Assembly: GCA_043754515.1 (NCBI GenBank)
Contig: JAYUUO010000179.1
Coordinates: 1 to 10,856, forward strand
Source: Armatimonadota bacterium
GTDB taxonomy: Bacteria > Armatimonadota > Armatimonadia > Armatimonadales > Armatimonadaceae
Direction: 5' to 3'
Length of the DNA stretch: 10,856 bases
Of this stretch, positions 7,452 through 10,856 are shown piece by piece. Position 1 is the first letter of the stretch. Each line of letters begins with the position of its first letter. Under the pieces are notes generated by a model. That model was not told where the DNA came from. It searched no databases and saw nothing but the letters and a program-made list of their open reading frames with translations. The position numbers were made by a program, and so were the translations under genes.

Positions 7452-7529
7452 CTTGCCAAGAGTGACTTTCTGACTGCAACCCATGAGCCGAGCCACCGAA
7501 GATCGAAATCAAGAGACGTTCTACGTCAA

Positions 7530-7898
7530 TCATTTGCGGCATGGAACAGAATCCGAATAGACTAGCGCGTCTTTCCTCAACGAAATACGATACGTTGATT
7601 CGTGGTTAATGATCTTGTGCTCGATGATAACATTCTCAGCCTGGAGTTGCATACTCATGTCAATTTTGTACGGGTAGAGTGGGGAGCGTTCGAACTCTCG
7701 CGTGTTCGCAAAAAATACCCCCTTCTGTTTCTCGATGGAGCACAACGCATGCAAGCATCTACGCGTACTTAATCGCGTATGCCATGTCTCTTTTCTGATC
7801 CTCCTAGATGCGGATGAGTTATGAACGGCGAAGATCTGAAACGACAGTGAGATCAAGGCGATCGCTACAGCGAATCCGACAATTTTTTTAGTGAACAC
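7530..7898 (-). CDS. Hypothetical exported or membrane-anchored basic protein (122 aa)
   Basis: GTG start 4 nt after the previous stop. N-terminal KK plus a hydrophobic helix (IVGFAVAIALISLSFQIFA). Confidence 0.55.
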   Translation of the reverse strand: MFTKKIVGFAVAIALISLSFQIFAVHNSSASRRIRKETWHTRLSTRRCLHALCSIEKQKGVFFANTREFERSPLYPYKIDMSMQLQAENVIIEHKIINHESTYRISLRKDALVYSDSVPCRK

Positions 7899-7902
7899 GT
7901 CT

Positions 7903-8208
7903 TCACGTAGCCCAACTGAATCGGTCTATTAAATGCTCTATGTAGTAGCCTGTGCTGTTCGGTTCGCTGTCATCATCCAGACCTATATCTACGAGAAGAT
8001 CCATCAGGAATGATCGCAAGTCATCTAGCATACCTTCCGTCATACGCAGGACGGTAACGCCCGAGTTATTATCAGGCGATGAACCGAACAGATGCCAAAG
8101 TTCTGCACTCGGCATCTGCCCTGCGACTTTGTGCAGAAATCCGACATCGGAATTGGGAGTGGGATATTCGATCTCGTTGCCGTCGGCAAACCGGAGCATC
8201 ATTGGCAT
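7903..8208 (-). CDS. Small acidic hypothetical protein (101 aa), immunity-protein-like
   Basis: ATG 8208 is preceded by AAAAGGGA. The sequence from MPMMLRFADGNEIEY is protein-like and acidic, whereas the 8325-8209 extension is not. The start is uncertain. Confidence 0.55.
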   Translation of the reverse strand: MPMMLRFADGNEIEYPTPNSDVGFLHKVAGQMPSAELWHLFGSSPDNNSGVTVLRMTEGMLDDLRSFLMDLLVDIGLDDDSEPNSTGYYIEHLIDRFSWAT

Positions 8209-8412
8209 CTGCGGATTCCCTTTTCGCCTGTGTCGTCGTAACCCGGAAGCAAGTTTTCCTGTTCGGGCGTGGGCATGCGAATCAGTTGATACATGGTTGC
8301 TGTCTCTTGAAAACCCTTTAGCCATATTATTGGCTGTGGAGCAAATCCTTCACAAGAAGATCATACCTGAGATGCGGCGCGAGATGGCAGGGAAGTCCCT
8401 GTCAAATGCCGT

Positions 8413-10335
8413 GTAGAATACGACGTCCGGGGGCGGATCAGCCGGGGGCGCGGCCTCACCGGGGACATCTCCTAAGGCTATGACGCCGCGGGCGACATAA
8501 CGAGCGTCGCCCTGCCCTCCGCGACGCTCGGCTACGAGTACGACGAACTGAGCCGCCTCTCCGCGCTGGTCCACCCGGACGGGGCGCGCACGCGCTACGC
8601 CTACGACGCGGTCGGCAAACAGCGGAGCAAGGAAGTGCCGGGCGGGATCGTGACGAGCTATGGCTACGACGCCGCCAACCGGCTCACCTCGGTCACGCAT
8701 TCCGACGCCGCCGCGCGGGTGCTCGCCTCGTTCCTCTACACCCTGGACGCCTCCGGCAGACGCCGCGCCGTCTCGGAAGCCCGGCGCGACCCGGTGACGA
8801 CGCTACTCGCGGGCGACACCACGGCCTACGGCTACGACGCGCAGGGGCGTCTGACGGGGGAGTCGGGCGGGATAGCGGGCACGCTCTCCTACACGTATGA
8901 CGCGGTGGGGAACCGCCTAGGTAAGACGGCGAACGGGATCGGGGTCGGCTACACGTACGACGCCAACGACCGGATGCTGACGGAGGGGGCGAAGTCGTTC
9001 GGCTACGACGCGAACGGCAACACGGTCTCGGCGGGCGGCCAGACGCTCCGGTACGACTTCGAGGACAGGCTTGTCGCCACCCAACTGAACGGCGTCGCGG
9101 TGACGTTCGCCTACGACGCGGACGGGAACCGCATCCGCAAGATCGCGGACGGGAACGTCACGTCGTACCTGCCGGAGACGGTGTTCGCGCCTTACGCGCA
9201 GGTAGCGGAGGAGCGCGAAGGCGTCACGGGGCGGCTCGCGGCGCGCTACGACACGGGCGTCGCTCTGTCCCGCGTGGACCGCTACCCGGCGGGCGGGGGC
9301 ACGGCAGTAAGTTCCTACTTCCTGCAAGACGGGCAAGGTAGCACGGTCGCGCTCACGGACGGGGGCGGGGTGCTGACGGACAGCTACGGCTACGACACGT
9401 TCGGCAACCCCACGCACCTGGCGGGGGGTGCGGCGAACAGCTTCCTGTTTAACGGCCAGCAGTTCGACGAGGAGACGGGGCTGTACTACCTGCGGGCGCG
9501 GTACTACGCGCCGGGGCAGGGGCGGTTCCTGACGCACGACCCCGTGATGGGCGGGGGCGGCGACCCGACGTCGCTACATCGCTACCTGTACGCAGCATGT
9601 AATCCTGTCAACTTCGTTGATCCGAGTGGCAAAGCAATAGAGGATTTAAGTAATCTACAAATTGGTATAGGGGTAGCAGTAACTATTGGGGCAGTAGCAA
9701 CAATCAGTTGGCTTGCCAATGACGAGTATCAAAAATCCGCGATACGTGCGGAAGCTGCGACCGCCGCCGCAAGTGCCGTTGGAATATCAAGTGATCTTCT
9801 TAATAATGACGGTAAAAATCTTGGAGCGAAGCAGGAATTTGATGCTATGGTTTCGAGAGTAAACAATGGCTGGCTTGCCATCCCCCAAAATCAGACAGCT
9901 TTCGATTATAAAGACACAGTGGCTACAAAAGACAAAGTTGATCACTTGTACCTAAAACTCGACGATGGGAGTCTGGGGGGAGATCGGATATTTGTGTATG
10001 ACAAGAAAAAAGTACGACGGTTAAAAGGAATTCACATCCCTAATGCGACAGGCGACAAACTATATATCTCTAGTAGGGCTGTTGAGGAGGGTAGCTTAGC
10101 GACCGCTCTTGCTATATTTGCTGAGTATCAGCACAGCGCAGACGGCGGTAAGATGAGCGAGTATGACGCCCAAAAAGAGTTAGCTCTATTGAAGGATACA
10201 GATCGCTTCATCGACCCATCACGGATTACACCATTCATAAAAGGCCTCCGCCATTTGGATAGTAAAGTGAACAAAGGCTTCATGGGTTTCGACGGCGATA
10301 TGTCCGCGCTCATCTCTTCACTATTCAACTGGTAG
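8413..10335 (+). pseudogene. rhs: 5'-truncated (orphan) RHS/YD-repeat polymorphic toxin gene with an intact core end and C-terminal variable domain
   Basis: Many YDxxGR/N repeats and an RHS core signature FNGQQFDEETGLYYLRARYYAPGQGRFLTHDP...NPVNFVDPSG (DPSG 9619-9630). YD repeats continue in frame upstream of GTG 8635 to about 8413, with TAA at 8473-8475. GC drops near 9590. Confidence 0.9.
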
Positions 10336-10347
10336 AATTGCAAATCA

Positions 10348-10830
10348 ATGTCACATAAAGTTATCAGTAGATATTTAGTTTATTTCTTTAATACTCCTGC
10401 CTTTATCGCCATATTTGCAGGCGACACCTTGATTTTCTCTTGCACGTTTATGCACTTGTTCATTCGGGTGTGTCTGTGCTTGATCTGTCTGTTTATATCT
10501 GTGGCGTCCATGGATAGATTTAATAGTTCATGGGAGTCTAAGATTTTATTCTTCTCACCCGCCTTTATACAATCCGTAAGTTTCTTATGTGTTCTAATCA
10601 TCCAAAGTCTCCGTCATCCAAATCCATTAGCAAACTATTTCTATATTGTGCTGGATGGTGCCGTTAATCTTTTCTTTAGTTCGTTCTTTTTGAACTCCTT
10701 GGCCATTGTGTGGATAACTGTAGTGTCGCGGATGATCCATATGTCAAACGCCGTAAAGAATTGGTTCATCCGCGCATTTGGTGAAACTGGTTTAGCAAAT
10801 AATCATATATTTCCAAAAAGGAAGACGTAA
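10348..10830 (+). CDS. Putative cognate immunity protein, multi-pass membrane protein (160 aa)
   Basis: Starts 12 nt after the RHS stop on the same strand, very AT-rich, about 4 hydrophobic segments. The immunity role is inferred from position only. Confidence 0.65.
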   Translation: MSHKVISRYLVYFFNTPAFIAIFAGDTLIFSCTFMHLFIRVCLCLICLFISVASMDRFNSSWESKILFFSPAFIQSVSFLCVLIIQSLRHPNPLANYFYIVLDGAVNLFFSSFFLNSLAIVWITVVSRMIHMSNAVKNWFIRAFGETGLANNHIFPKRKT

Positions 10831-10856
10831 AAATCGGGTAGCACACGGGAATGAAA

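Larger units (their letters stand above)
5200..10856. other. Accessory, variable region: polymorphic toxin (RHS) remnant plus orphan small genes
   Basis: GC drops abruptly after the mscL stop. ORFs are short and unrecognisable, with several premature stops and gene fragments, plus a truncated RHS and a downstream low-GC gene. No integrase or transposase is visible. Confidence 0.7.

Noticed and set aside
5200..8400. Integron cassette array or CRISPR array
   Set aside because: No repeated attC-like (RYYYAAC...GTTRRRY) units or regularly spaced direct repeats found by eye, and no integrase or cas gene.
7952..10601. ORFs 7952-8416, 8079-8321, 8350-8700, 8917-9537, 10128-10343 and 10380-10601
   Set aside because: They are antisense to better-supported genes and show no motifs or translation signals.

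Overview
A high-GC bacterial window in two parts. The housekeeping-like left part (1-5199) contains: a REP-like palindrome; a membrane-anchored or secreted protein with a HAF-repeat-type C-terminal cap; an atypical NarL/LuxR regulator next to a cytoplasmic trypsin-PDZ (S1C) protease; a hypothetical protein resembling a catalytically dead peptidase M41 domain; nudC; and mscL. Several of these genes share a CGGG-TACAAT -10 element, and two look leaderless. After mscL the sequence becomes an AT-richer, decaying accessory region. It holds a minus-strand string of small, mostly exported orphan proteins, two interrupted by in-frame TGA, interleaved with short GC-rich gene remnants, including an unannotated Sel1-repeat fragment. 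It ends with a plus-strand, 5'-truncated RHS/YD-repeat gene whose C-terminal domain I do not recognise (hydrophobic helix plus a degenerate AExxH...ExxA zincin-like motif), followed by a low-GC multi-TM putative immunity gene. The best novelty candidates are this RHS-CT/immunity pair, the orphan gene graveyard and the dead M41-like protein. All family assignments come from reading motifs by eye, not from database searches.
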